IMG/VR virus record: IMGVR_UViG_2721755711_000004
Length of the DNA: 46,862 nt
Reading direction: 5' to 3' (one strand)
Source of the DNA: a virus
Lineage: Duplodnaviria > Heunggongvirae > Uroviricota > Caudoviricetes
Shown piece by piece: positions 11,660 to 21,556 of the stretch (position 1 is its first letter; each line of letters opens with the position of its first letter). Under the pieces are notes generated by a model. The model searched no databases, had not been told where the DNA came from, and saw only the letters and a list, made by a program, of their open reading frames with translations. Made by a program: the position numbers and the translations under genes.

Positions 11660-12300
11660 TTGTCGGTGTACCTCTCTCGTTTACTCAGTTGTTCAGGAAT
11701 ATGGTGCAGCAGCTCACCGTCACCACAGTAAATGGCGGCATGATTCGGCACCGATGAACCAAAACAGCACAGCAGCACATCGCCCGGCTGCGCCGCTGAC
11801 AACGGCACCTGATACAGCCCTGTGGCCTCCAGATTATCCAGATAGAGATTCTGACCGTGACGCCACCAGTCATCCTCGCGATGAAAATCCGGCATCTCAA
11901 TCCCCGCCAGATGATAAGCATCCCGGAACAGCGTGTAACAGTCCGTCACCCCGTGCTCAAAGCGCCGCCCGGTGAGATGCGGCACACTGCGGAACTTATG
12001 AATCGCCCCCCGGCAGACCAGCCACCACGGCAAATCACTCTGCACCTGCAGCCGCCGGTCAGCCTCACTCAGCCAGGGCAGACCACCGGGGTGGCTGTGG
12101 ACCAGCGCCACAATCTCACCCTGCATTTCTGCCTGCAGCCAGTCCTCCGGAGCCATCCGGAAATAATCCTCCGGCTCACCGGAAATATTCACGCCGGGAA
12201 AATATCTTTCCCCCTCCGGCGCTCTCACCACGAAGCCGCACGACTCCGCTGGCGCACATCGCCGGGCGTGCGCCAGAATCGCTGATTCTGTCTGTGTCAT
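11557..12300 (-). CDS. tail assembly protein K (MPN/JAB plus NlpC/P60-like)
   Basis: ORF beginning MTQTESAILAHARRCAPAESCGF with an HSHP metal-binding motif; lambda K-like. The biological start may be an internal Met. Confidence 0.85.
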   Translation of the reverse strand: MTQTESAILAHARRCAPAESCGFVVRAPEGERYFPGVNISGEPEDYFRMAPEDWLQAEMQGEIVALVHSHPGGLPWLSEADRRLQVQSDLPWWLVCRGAIHKFRSVPHLTGRRFEHGVTDCYTLFRDAYHLAGIEMPDFHREDDWWRHGQNLYLDNLEATGLYQVPLSAAQPGDVLLCCFGSSVPNHAAIYCGDGELLHHIPEQLSKRERYTDKWQRRTHSLWRHREWHASAFTGIYNDLAAASTFV

Positions 12301-12305
12301 GGGAT

Positions 12306-13004
12306 TTACTGCGAAAGTTTGTTAATGGAAAGGAAGCCGCCAAAGTTGCCGACGTTATTGCGGAACTTACAACCGCTCAGGCATTTGCTGCATTTATCCT
12401 TCGTGATATCGGACGTTGGCTGGTCATATTCATCCGCGACTGCCGGACCGTGATAACCGCACTCATCACCGCGATAGGTCCAGGTGCAGGTGTTGGCCAG
12501 CATGATACGTCCCGGAAAAACAGCACCGTCCGTTTCCGTCGGCGTGGACAGTACAAAAGAGGCACTCACCGCGCTCAGTTCGCTGCACTGCTCGATGCGC
12601 CAGCGGCTGATCACCTCCTGCTCCGGATCGGCGTCACTGTTTCCGTTGACGAAGTTCACCGCATCCAGAAAACGGGCGTAAACCTTACGCCGGACCACCG
12701 TTCCTCCGACCAGACTCTGCAGGTCTTCCGCCATCCCGGTGACCATGCCGTGCAGGTTAGAAACCGTCAGTGTCGGACGGGCAGCACTGCCCTTGCCGTT
12801 CAGTTCAAATCCCGTCCCCTGAATGGGGTATACCTGATACTGCCGCCCCTGCCAGATAACCGGCTCACCTTTTTCGTTCTGCTCATTACAGAAAAAATAA
12901 CGTTCACCACCGACCTCTGTCAGATCGATTTCCCATAGCACCACCTGGGCTGACTGAGTGAGGCGTGTCGTCTCATGATGTGTTTCCTGTGGAATATCCT
13001 GCAT
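12306..13004 (-). CDS. minor tail protein L
   Basis: 232 aa with a C-terminal Cys cluster, lambda L-like; synteny M-L-K-I. Confidence 0.85.
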   Translation of the reverse strand: MQDIPQETHHETTRLTQSAQVVLWEIDLTEVGGERYFFCNEQNEKGEPVIWQGRQYQVYPIQGTGFELNGKGSAARPTLTVSNLHGMVTGMAEDLQSLVGGTVVRRKVYARFLDAVNFVNGNSDADPEQEVISRWRIEQCSELSAVSASFVLSTPTETDGAVFPGRIMLANTCTWTYRGDECGYHGPAVADEYDQPTSDITKDKCSKCLSGCKFRNNVGNFGGFLSINKLSQ

Positions 13005-13013
13005 CAGAGCCTC

Positions 13014-13343
13014 CTATGCCACGACCTGTTCAAAATCTGCCGTTATGGTTACCCACAGCGCCCCCACGCTTGCCGACCATTTACGACAAACCACCCTGAT
13101 CGGTTTCCAGTCATAAGGTGGCGTCCACTGAAATGCACGGACGCCACCGTGCCGTTCCAGAAAGGCTTTTAAAGATGGGTGTTCACATTTACGAACACGT
13201 ATCGTCACGCTGTAAGTCGACAACTGGTTATTCAGTCCCGCCGCACGACGCTGTTCATAACCATCGCCCAGCTTCACTGTCACCACTTTCGGCTCTGATA
13301 CCACATTCATATCCGGGCGCACTTTCCAGTGAAACGTCTCCAT
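13014..13343 (-). CDS. minor tail protein M
   Basis: 109 aa, lambda M-like, immediately downstream of the tape measure gene with a 1-nt overlap. Confidence 0.85.
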   Translation of the reverse strand: METFHWKVRPDMNVVSEPKVVTVKLGDGYEQRRAAGLNNQLSTYSVTIRVRKCEHPSLKAFLERHGGVRAFQWTPPYDWKPIRVVCRKWSASVGALWVTITADFEQVVA

Positions 13344-16300
13344 TACCGATATGCTCCACTTAACCGACCACCATCACGGGCCTGCTGTTGCATAAAGTCC
13401 GCTGCCGCTTTTTTCCCGAGGTCATAAACCGCCTTCAGGGCAGCCGGACCTATCTGCCCGTTCGTGCCATCGTTATTGATCTCGATGTTGTACTGCGGGG
13501 AAAACATCGCCATACCTGAACCCCCAATATCCGCCACAACCCCCAGCTTACCGTCAGCACCACGACGCAATGGCAGAATGGCTTCAGGTCCCGCTTCCCC
13601 CATCACACCCGCGCCTTTTGCAAAAGCAAAAAACGTCGGACGGTTAACCACCGTGCCACTGTAACGACTCAAATCAGCAGACTGATAAATCCCCCCATTG
13701 GCATTCAGGGAAAGGCTGCTGAGATCAAATCCCAGTACACTGCCAATCCCTTTTATCGATTTCATCATGGTTGCCTGCGCCAGGATTTTCGCCATATCTG
13801 ACAGCACCGAAGAGGTGAAGGATTTGAAGTTGAGTTTGCCGGTAGTGACAAAAGTTGCCAGGCCATTTCCCATGTTGCTGAAGGCTGACGAGAACACCTG
13901 TTCTGCTGTTCCTGCCGTATTGTCTGCATCCACGGTAAAATCCTGAAATGCACGCAGGACTCCGTTTTTCCAGTTACCCTGCACAACTTCAAGCTGTTGC
14001 CAGTAACGGCGATTCTCATTCAGTTGTCGGTTCAGGCTCTCCGTCAGCGCCTGCTCGGCCTTTCTGTAGTCATCCGTGTTATATGTCCCTTTCTGCTCAC
14101 TATCCCGCCTCAACTGCTCCAGCTGTTGCTGGTATTTCTGGCGAAGACTCAGTTGTACCTGATATCGCTGCCGCTGCTGATCACCCATACCCACCGTGGC
14201 GATATCCAGGTCATGTTGCTGACGCTGAGCGAGCTCTTCTTCAGCCAGTTGACTGGTCAGCTGAATTGTTTTTTTCTTCAGATCGTTGAGTGCCGTCTGT
14301 TTCTGAAGCTCCTGCTGTTTTACATCCAGCAGCGTCAGTGCCTGAATCAGTTCATCTTTACGGGCCAGCACACTCTTTTCATCTGCCGTCAGTTTTTTCC
14401 CGTCCAGATCGCTGATGCGCTGCTGCAGAGCCAGAAGCTGTTTATGCGCTTCTGTCATCTTTTCAGTGGCAATGCCTGCTGACTGTCTTGCAACAGCAAT
14501 CTGTCCTTCCACCTGTGCCTGTTGCTGACTGTACTGCAGCAATAACCGGGTGGCCTCATCATTACGGGTTTCGCGTGTTTTTTTCTTACCGGATGCCAGG
14601 GCTTTCTCGTAACGTTCATTTTCACGTTGTATCGCTGCATCCCTGACAGCCTGATCGGCGTACTGCATGGAATTAATACGCGCAATTTCACGCTGATGTC
14701 GTGCTGCTTCCGTTTCATTCATCCGGTTCAGTGCAGCATTTTCAGCATTACGTCGTTTCTGTTGCTCCTGATAATTCCGCTCTGCCTGCTCTTTTGCATC
14801 CTGCAAATCCTTCTGGCGTTTTTTCTCCTGAAGATCGTTAAGACGCTGCTGATCGTATTCAACCTGAGAAGATGATGCCGTCCAGGGGAGTCTTTTCGCC
14901 CGCGACACTTTCTCCTGTAAAGCGGCAATCTGTTCATCCAGCGAGTCTTCACGACCAATATTCATGGCCGCATCCCAGAAACGACTCCACAAATCAGACA
15001 GATACTTCAGCGTACTGCCAAGCGCATTGAGGTTATTATCAATATCCGCAGTACGCCGATCGGTTTCCTCTGCCAGTGCAGACATGGCTATCCGTGCAGC
15101 ATCACTGGACCGTCCCTGATCCCCAAGGACACGTATCTGCTCAAGCTGAGTGGCAGTAAGAAAATGCAGCTCATTGTCCAGAGCCTTCGCGGCATTTACA
15201 GGATCATCCTTCAGCCGCTTAAACTGATTTATGGTATCGCTGACCGACTGGCCAACCGATCGCTCCATCTGTGCGGCAGCTCTCGCCACCATACCGATAT
15301 CGTTTCCACGAAATGCACCACTCCCCACCACCTGAGCCAGCACACCGGCTGCAGCATGTTGCGTGATACCATTCCCGGAAATAGCACGACTGAGCGTCCA
15401 CAGCTGCCCGGCAGTGACTCCGGCATAATGCCCCGTCAGCGACAACTGGCGGTTAAATTCTTCCCCCTCCTTCTGACCGTCATACCAGGCTTTACCCAGA
15501 CCATAGACGGACGCGGCAATACCGCCAATAACCCCGCCAAGCATCATGCCTTTCGGTGACATCAGAGTGTCTATCCATCCGGCACGGTTAGCCAGCGTTA
15601 TCCCGGATCCCCTCAGCGCCCCTAAATTGCCGCGGGCCAGTTCACCTATCAGAACGCCTATCTCCTGGCGGGCCGCTGCACTTTTCAGACCCAGCGAATG
15701 CGTGGCTTTTCCTGCCTGCTCCATTTTGCGGATATACACTTCTGCAGCACTGCTTACCCCCAGCTGGGCAGCCTTAGCACGAAGCAACTCAGAAGAAGAA
15801 AGATTCTGGCGGGTTGCCTGCTCTTTAAGCTGACGGATAAACGCCACTTTCTGTCGGGTAGCCTCTTCCTCAGCCTGCGTAAGAACACGGGTTTTCGCCG
15901 TAACCTCAGAAATCAGCGCCAGATAATCCTGCTGACCAATCCCGCCACTGTTTCTGGCCTGTCGGATCTGCTGCTGAATACGCTGTAATTCCTGCAGCCC
16001 CGCACTGGCCTGTTTCACACTGTCAATCTGACGATAAAACGCAGCAGCCGCTTTATCCTGAGCCTCCGCCAGAGCCATGGCCTGCGCCTGTTCCTCGCGC
16101 ATTTTCTGGCTCAGTGCCTCCATGCGCTGGCGGGTTTTCTCCACCTCGCGGGCCATGCGTTCATGAGCCTGTGCGTTCTTCTCCACCGTCTGCGCATGGA
16201 CGGATGCGGCTGTTGCAGCCGAAGAAGCTGCCTGCGTTGTCTGCCGGGCGGCCTGAGTCTGACGCTCCATAAAACGCTGCATACGGGCAGAAGACCGTTC

Positions 16301-16438
16301 TGCATCGCTGGCTGCACCATTCAGAAGGTTTTTGATACGGGGAATTTCATTTTTAAACTCTGCCGCATCAATCCCCAAATCAATGACCAGGTTGGCTATC
16401 TGGTCCATAACGCACACCTCCGGAAATACCTTCCCCAA
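13343..16438 (-). CDS. tail tape measure protein H
   Basis: 1031 aa, coiled-coil rich (many Q/E/R/A heptads) with a Gly-rich hydrophobic C-terminal region; position between G-T and M. Confidence 0.85.
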   Translation of the reverse strand: MGKVFPEVCVMDQIANLVIDLGIDAAEFKNEIPRIKNLLNGAASDAERSSARMQRFMERQTQAARQTTQAASSAATAASVHAQTVEKNAQAHERMAREVEKTRQRMEALSQKMREEQAQAMALAEAQDKAAAAFYRQIDSVKQASAGLQELQRIQQQIRQARNSGGIGQQDYLALISEVTAKTRVLTQAEEEATRQKVAFIRQLKEQATRQNLSSSELLRAKAAQLGVSSAAEVYIRKMEQAGKATHSLGLKSAAARQEIGVLIGELARGNLGALRGSGITLANRAGWIDTLMSPKGMMLGGVIGGIAASVYGLGKAWYDGQKEGEEFNRQLSLTGHYAGVTAGQLWTLSRAISGNGITQHAAAGVLAQVVGSGAFRGNDIGMVARAAAQMERSVGQSVSDTINQFKRLKDDPVNAAKALDNELHFLTATQLEQIRVLGDQGRSSDAARIAMSALAEETDRRTADIDNNLNALGSTLKYLSDLWSRFWDAAMNIGREDSLDEQIAALQEKVSRAKRLPWTASSSQVEYDQQRLNDLQEKKRQKDLQDAKEQAERNYQEQQKRRNAENAALNRMNETEAARHQREIARINSMQYADQAVRDAAIQRENERYEKALASGKKKTRETRNDEATRLLLQYSQQQAQVEGQIAVARQSAGIATEKMTEAHKQLLALQQRISDLDGKKLTADEKSVLARKDELIQALTLLDVKQQELQKQTALNDLKKKTIQLTSQLAEEELAQRQQHDLDIATVGMGDQQRQRYQVQLSLRQKYQQQLEQLRRDSEQKGTYNTDDYRKAEQALTESLNRQLNENRRYWQQLEVVQGNWKNGVLRAFQDFTVDADNTAGTAEQVFSSAFSNMGNGLATFVTTGKLNFKSFTSSVLSDMAKILAQATMMKSIKGIGSVLGFDLSSLSLNANGGIYQSADLSRYSGTVVNRPTFFAFAKGAGVMGEAGPEAILPLRRGADGKLGVVADIGGSGMAMFSPQYNIEINNDGTNGQIGPAALKAVYDLGKKAAADFMQQQARDGGRLSGAYR

Positions 16439-16730
16439 GATGCATCAGTTCTTCGTCCGTTCGCTCCGGTATCCCGTTCTCTTCCGGTAAAAGGCTGAAA
16501 TCAGCCACCGCAGCATCACTGCTGCCGGACACCATTCTCACGATCAATGCCTTCAGCGAGGCAAACTGCGCATCCATCCACACATCACTGAAGCTCTGCA
16601 TCCGGAAATAATCGCCCCACTCACCAAGCTCAGTGGCCGACATTTCCGACAGCATCCGCCGCCAGTCTGCCCGCCGGAACTCCCGGGCAAGCCGCATGAC
16701 AAACTGCATTTCCCGCGTCAGGACTTTTCC
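16380..16730 (-). CDS. T segment of the tail assembly chaperone G-T fusion (reached by -1 frameshift from G)
   Basis: This frame is open across the 3' end of G in the -1 register; the minus-strand sequence GCCGGAAAAGTCC spans the G stop region. Arrangement matches lambda G/G-T. Confidence 0.55.
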   Translation of the reverse strand, partial: GKVLTREMQFVMRLAREFRRADWRRMLSEMSATELGEWGDYFRMQSFSDVWMDAQFASLKALIVRMVSGSSDAAVADFSLLPEENGIPERTDEELMHLGEGISGGVRYGPDSQPGH

Positions 16731-17104
16731 GGCGTCAGCGCCTCATGCTCATCATCCACGGCATTATCAATGGCCCCCATACCGCTCAGCGACAGAACCA
16801 TCTCCGCCCCCGCACCCAGGGCATCATACGACCATGTTGTAATAACGGATGCGCAAAGCGTCTCTACATCCTTAGACTGATCCGCATTCCACAGTGAGCG
16901 GGAAACCAGCCAGGCATTGATATCCATCCCCATCCGCAGAAAAGCAATCTGTCGTTCAGCCTCCGGCAGTTCTCCCTCCCCGGCATCAAACTTTGCCGTT
17001 CGCTGCTGAACAAACGTCAGATATTCAATTCTCTGCAGCCCGGACAGCTCACTGAGCACCACGGACTGTTTTTCATAATTAAACGTGTCCTGTTTCAGAA
17101 ACAT
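16718..17104 (-). CDS. tail assembly chaperone G
   Basis: ORF with likely start MFLKQDTF..., ending ...TPEKS; lies between V and H. Confidence 0.75.
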   Translation of the reverse strand: MFLKQDTFNYEKQSVVLSELSGLQRIEYLTFVQQRTAKFDAGEGELPEAERQIAFLRMGMDINAWLVSRSLWNADQSKDVETLCASVITTWSYDALGAGAEMVLSLSGMGAIDNAVDDEHEALTPEKS

Positions 17105-17164
17105 CATGTTCTCCACCTGCAAAAAAGCCCCGCATAACCGGGGCAAATGATGAGTATCGTCCTG

Positions 17165-17908
17165 TTAACCTGCTGCGCTGACAGTCACCGCAGTCACAGC
17201 CACAAAATTCCCGTCAGCGGTCATGCCCACAATGCTGACACTGCCCTGCTTCACGCCTTTTACCGTGGCCACAAGTCCGTTCAGGGTAACCGTGGCAGTC
17301 TGTGGATCTGACGAATGCACACTGATCGCTTTGTCACTGGCTCCGTCAGGTTTTACTGTAAAGGTCAGCGTGGTGGTTGCTCCCACTTTTACACTGGCAG
17401 ACGCCGGTGATACTGTCAGCCCGGTAACGCTCACGGTTTCAGTGCCTTCCTCTGCCAGATACGGACGCCCCACACCGCTGATTTTCACAGTGCGGGTCAT
17501 CACGTCTTTTGAGGCAATGGTTTTACCCAGTGAGCTCAGCCAGCCACGGAAAACATCAACAGTGCCGTTGGGATATTTGATACGAAACGCGCAGACTTCA
17601 CCGGAGTCGAACAACTGAACCAGTTTTTTCTGCCCGCTGTCACCCGGACGCCAGGCCAGCGTCGCCGAAGTATCACCAACGGATTTCTGCCCCTGGGTTG
17701 TCGTTTTCCAGTCTGCATCTTCATCATCGAGATAAGTGTCATCTTCTGCATCAGCGGTCATTTCGCCAGGTTGCAGATCCTTCACCATCGCAAGACGCAG
17801 CCAGTCAGTGTCCGACAAAGGGTTCGCAAACGCATCGCCGTTGCCGGTATACATCCAGAACGTCGTCCCCGCACCTTTCGTCTTTGCCAGTGGATTTGGT
17901 GTGGTCAT
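17165..17908 (-). CDS. major tail protein V with C-terminal Ig-like domain
   Basis: Likely start MTTPNPLAKTKGAGTTFW; lambda V-like N-domain and a Thr/Val-rich Big_2-like C-terminal domain. Confidence 0.85.
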   Translation of the reverse strand: MTTPNPLAKTKGAGTTFWMYTGNGDAFANPLSDTDWLRLAMVKDLQPGEMTADAEDDTYLDDEDADWKTTTQGQKSVGDTSATLAWRPGDSGQKKLVQLFDSGEVCAFRIKYPNGTVDVFRGWLSSLGKTIASKDVMTRTVKISGVGRPYLAEEGTETVSVTGLTVSPASASVKVGATTTLTFTVKPDGASDKAISVHSSDPQTATVTLNGLVATVKGVKQGSVSIVGMTADGNFVAVTAVTVSAAG

Positions 17909-17918
17909 TACCACCTCC

Positions 17919-18320
17919 TTAATTCGTGTACGTGATCTGGTACGTGATTTCCGCCATCGTCCAGGTGGCCATCTCATTATCACGTTGATAGTTAAAACCG
18001 AGTGGGATCAGGGTGTCGATGAGTCCGGAAAGTGCCGGTATATCATTCAGGGCAGGGAAAATGGTGCTCTCCATCCACATATCCAGCTCTGAATCCGGTG
18101 CCTGTGCCCGGATGAAGACGGCAATATGCAGAACAGCCTGCCAGTCATCTTCATCCGTCATTTTTCCGGTGTACTGAGCATCACTCAGCCACACCGCCAC
18201 GGCAGGCAGTTCCTGCGCATCAATAAATGCCGGAAGCCCGTCAAAAAACGTGGCGCTGTCTCCACACTGTTTCCGAAGGCGTGCCAGTACGGCCTGGCGG
18301 ATTTGTGTATGCCGGTTCAT
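17919..18320 (-). CDS. tail terminator protein U
   Basis: About 133 aa, lambda U-like (ATFFDG...PAVAVWL motif); start overlaps the Z stop (ATGA). Confidence 0.8.
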   Translation of the reverse strand: MNRHTQIRQAVLARLRKQCGDSATFFDGLPAFIDAQELPAVAVWLSDAQYTGKMTDEDDWQAVLHIAVFIRAQAPDSELDMWMESTIFPALNDIPALSGLIDTLIPLGFNYQRDNEMATWTMAEITYQITYTN

Positions 18321-18895
18321 CGGGTCAGCCATAACCTCAGTTGTTGTTTCAGTGCATACCCCAGCTGTTTCGGCATTTCCGCAGCAATGATGTGGTCGCG
18401 GGCATCTTCAAATGCCTGTGTCAGCGGTCCGGACAGCGGGATTTTCACCACATCAATGGGGTAACGATTTTTGCCATCAATACGCCGCATCACATGCCAG
18501 CGACCATTCGCCAGTTGCTGAATAAACGCATCCCGGAAAAGATATTTACCCACCTTCAGCACACTGCCACGGTACTGCAGTTTTCCACCACGCCGGGCCA
18601 GTCTGACCCGGGCTGTCCCCAGCTTAATGGCGGGCAGATTGCCCCGGTTAACGCGGATCCTGGCCGTCATTTTTCCTGACGGACTGGCTTTAAACACCCG
18701 GACACGCTGACGTACCAGTTTCAGGGGGATCCCTTTCACCTGGTTATCTCCCGCAACGGTATTCCCGGCAACCTGCCGGGTGGCAACCGAGACCGCTTTC
18801 TGTGCCACACGGTTTATCGCCCATGCGCTGGCCTGTGGCACCATACGGGTATCAAGGCTGTTCAGATTGCGGATGGCATTCTCAAGCCCCTTCAT
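18317..18895 (-). CDS. tail completion protein Z
   Basis: 192 aa, MKGLENAIRNL... and ...NGRWHVMRRIDGKNRYPIDVVKIP, lambda Z-like. Confidence 0.8.
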   Translation of the reverse strand: MKGLENAIRNLNSLDTRMVPQASAWAINRVAQKAVSVATRQVAGNTVAGDNQVKGIPLKLVRQRVRVFKASPSGKMTARIRVNRGNLPAIKLGTARVRLARRGGKLQYRGSVLKVGKYLFRDAFIQQLANGRWHVMRRIDGKNRYPIDVVKIPLSGPLTQAFEDARDHIIAAEMPKQLGYALKQQLRLWLTR

Positions 18896-18906
18896 CCCAC
18901 ACCTCT

Positions 18907-19182
18907 TTACTCAATAAAGATCATTGGCTTACCGTTAAAACGTTCATGCCGTGTGACCGTCCATTGTTGTCCGTCATAAACAACGCGATCCCCGCGCCGT
19001 GGGCGGTATCCCGAAGAAAACACCACCAGAGAGACCGCAGGTCCGGACAGAGCATTCAGCTCTGCCAGTGTTTCGCCCGGGATCACAGCCATATCGACAT
19101 CATTAATCGAGGCTGTCTTTCCCATCTTTCTGACCGTGATCGCATCCATACGCGCTGCCAGCCGGGAAAAAGGATCAGACAT
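18907..19182 (-). CDS. head-tail connector protein (FII position), function assigned by synteny only
   Basis: 91-aa ORF between the capsid-proximal gene and Z. Confidence 0.45.
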   Translation of the reverse strand: MSDPFSRLAARMDAITVRKMGKTASINDVDMAVIPGETLAELNALSGPAVSLVVFSSGYRPRRGDRVVYDGQQWTVTRHERFNGKPMIFIE

Positions 19183-19498
19183 TGAGTTTTACCGGCACTT
19201 CTTCTGCACTGGTTCCGGCATCTGCCCAGACAACCCCGACCAGCGGATCAGAGCCGCTGTTAGTCAGCTGAACTTTTCCGGACTTCAGATAAACCTTCTT
19301 ACCCGTTTTCATGTCATCCGTTTTCAGTTTAGGCAGGATAAACACACCTTCGGTCATGCCGTCGCCTGTTTCACCCTGTGGAATATCGGTCAGCGCCACC
19401 GCAAAAACATCACCCACCTGCACCAGATCTCCGCTGCTGATGGCTGCACTGGCAACAATCGCCACCGTTTTTCCTTCTTCTACAAAATTCTTTGCCAT
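19175..19498 (-). CDS. small head-associated structural protein (FI/decoration position), function uncertain
   Basis: About 107 aa from MAKNFVEEGKTV..., immediately downstream of the capsid gene. Confidence 0.45.
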   Translation of the reverse strand: MAKNFVEEGKTVAIVASAAISSGDLVQVGDVFAVALTDIPQGETGDGMTEGVFILPKLKTDDMKTGKKVYLKSGKVQLTNSGSDPLVGVVWADAGTSAEEVPVKLNV

Positions 19499-19584
19499 AA
19501 CTGTCTCCGCACAGCCCCGTTCAGAGGCTGATTTCAGGTACAAAAAAAGCCCTTACGGGCCATCAGAGTTGTTGTCTGCGACGT

Positions 19585-21543
19585 TTACGCCGTACATTTC
19601 ACCAGACCGCGGTGATCAACTGGCGCGACACCGGCGTCAATACGCACTTTCGTTGTCACGCCATCCACACTGAAGCCCTCCATCTGATCAATATATGGCG
19701 TATCCACACCGTTGAGATAAGCCACTTCAATCGTATCGGAGCCTTTGGACGCAGCCAGGTAGAAGGTGGTCTGGCTGTTATCATCAAGACGAGGCTCTGC
19801 AATAACGGTCGCAAAATCTTTCACCGGGTTAATAATACCGGCGTTAATGTCAGCCCCCTTGACACTTGAGGAGCGAATGACCTGGTTAGCAACAGACTCC
19901 ATCGCCGTCGGTACCAGTACGAACGCAGGACGAATATTCAGATGACGCTCCCCCTCTTTCTGAACGCGCATCAACTGGCGGGCTTTATCCAGCGATGCCA
20001 CGTCCATTGCAGCGCTCTCCAGTACGTTTGCATGTTTCGCTTTATCGAACAGACTTACATTATCTGTGGAGATTTTCGGGTTAGACGTCAGAATGGCATA
20101 AACCAGATCGGCAATGGTGGATTTCGCCGCACGGCCCAGCTTCATCGGGACATCGGTCAGCATATTCAGATCATCATTGATAATGGCCTGACGGGTGATA
20201 CTGAACAGCTCGCCATAGGTCGCCAGTGCAATAGTGGCCTGTTTATCTCCGGTGGTGACGTATTTATATTCCGCCCCTTCACGCACCTGACGCAGAGCAC
20301 TGAAGCCCCCCATACCCACACGATGGGCAATTTTAAAATCAGACAACTGACCTTTCCGCGTCCACTGTTCATAGGTTTCAGGAGCATCTTCCCAGCCCTG
20401 CAGAATGGCTTTGTTCGCAACATCCAGCAGAATATTACCGAAGTCAGACGTACTGTGTGTGAACGCCGCACCGACCATCTGCATCGGGTTATAACTGGAA
20501 ACCCCAATACCCCGTTCAGTCAGTGACATACGGGCATATTCACGCAGGGTCATCCCGTTGTAGACATTATCACGTTCGGTTTTTTCAAATCCGGCACGCG
20601 CCATCAGCGCCTGGCGGATCCCGTCCCCCACAAAATTACCGTTACCGGCATAAATATGAGCCGGGGTATTTTTATTGGATGGCGTGGACTCGCGCCCCAT
20701 CTCGTTCAACAGCTTTTCGCGGGCCTGCTCCAGCGAACATTCAGGATCGGCAAGACACTGAGCCTGCAGAGTCTGATAACGCCCGCCAAACATGGCAAAC
20801 AGATCATTAATACCGTTTACACGCGCTTTTTGCTCTGCCAGTACCTGCGCACGGATACTGTTTTCATCCACCACGGGTGCTGCTGCCTGCACTGGCGTCC
20901 GGGAGGCTGCAGGTTCATCATCCTGTACGCGTGGAGCACTGTTGCGTGGCGGAGTAATCATGTTTCGAATGGATTCCGGCATCTTTTTAAATTCCTCTGT
21001 ACGTTTTGACTGAATACATGCCATTGCCTTAACGGCTGGCGTTACCTGATCAGCAAATCCATGTGCCAGACATTCGGCACCGGACATCCAGGTCTCATCC
21101 GCCAGCATGGCAGCAATTTCATCGGTGGTTTTCCCGGTTTTCTGTGCATAAGCGGGTAACAGAACCGCCTCAACTTTATCGAGCAGGTCGGCATAGGTGC
21201 GCATGTCCTCCGCATCACCGCCCGTAAAGCCAAATGGTTTATGAATCATCATGAAAGTGTTTTCCGGCATAATGACCGGGTTTCCCACCATCGCAATGAC
21301 CGACGCCATTGACGCCGCCACACCGTCGACATAAACCGTAATGGACGCACCATGTGTTTTCAGCGCATTAAAAATGGCGATGCCTTCAAAGACATCGCCA
21401 CCCGGTGAATTAATATGGAGATTAATGTGGGTGATATCGCCCAGTGCATTCAGATCACTGATAAACTGCTTCGCTGTAACACCCCAGAAACCAATCTCGT
21501 CATAAATATAAATATCCGCGTCACTCTGGTGACCAGCCTGCAT
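19585..21543 (-). CDS. prohead protease (ClpP/S49-like) fused to major capsid protein
   Basis: N-terminal ClpP-like region (IYIYDEIGFWG...INSPGGDVFEGIAIFNAL...MIHKP) followed by a capsid-like C-terminal region; start chosen at MQAGHQ just after the portal stop. The ORF track extends to 21804 with alternative upstream starts. Confidence 0.8.
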   Translation of the reverse strand: MQAGHQSDADIYIYDEIGFWGVTAKQFISDLNALGDITHINLHINSPGGDVFEGIAIFNALKTHGASITVYVDGVAASMASVIAMVGNPVIMPENTFMMIHKPFGFTGGDAEDMRTYADLLDKVEAVLLPAYAQKTGKTTDEIAAMLADETWMSGAECLAHGFADQVTPAVKAMACIQSKRTEEFKKMPESIRNMITPPRNSAPRVQDDEPAASRTPVQAAAPVVDENSIRAQVLAEQKARVNGINDLFAMFGGRYQTLQAQCLADPECSLEQAREKLLNEMGRESTPSNKNTPAHIYAGNGNFVGDGIRQALMARAGFEKTERDNVYNGMTLREYARMSLTERGIGVSSYNPMQMVGAAFTHSTSDFGNILLDVANKAILQGWEDAPETYEQWTRKGQLSDFKIAHRVGMGGFSALRQVREGAEYKYVTTGDKQATIALATYGELFSITRQAIINDDLNMLTDVPMKLGRAAKSTIADLVYAILTSNPKISTDNVSLFDKAKHANVLESAAMDVASLDKARQLMRVQKEGERHLNIRPAFVLVPTAMESVANQVIRSSSVKGADINAGIINPVKDFATVIAEPRLDDNSQTTFYLAASKGSDTIEVAYLNGVDTPYIDQMEGFSVDGVTTKVRIDAGVAPVDHRGLVKCTA

Positions 21544-21556
21544 CCTGAACCAGGAA

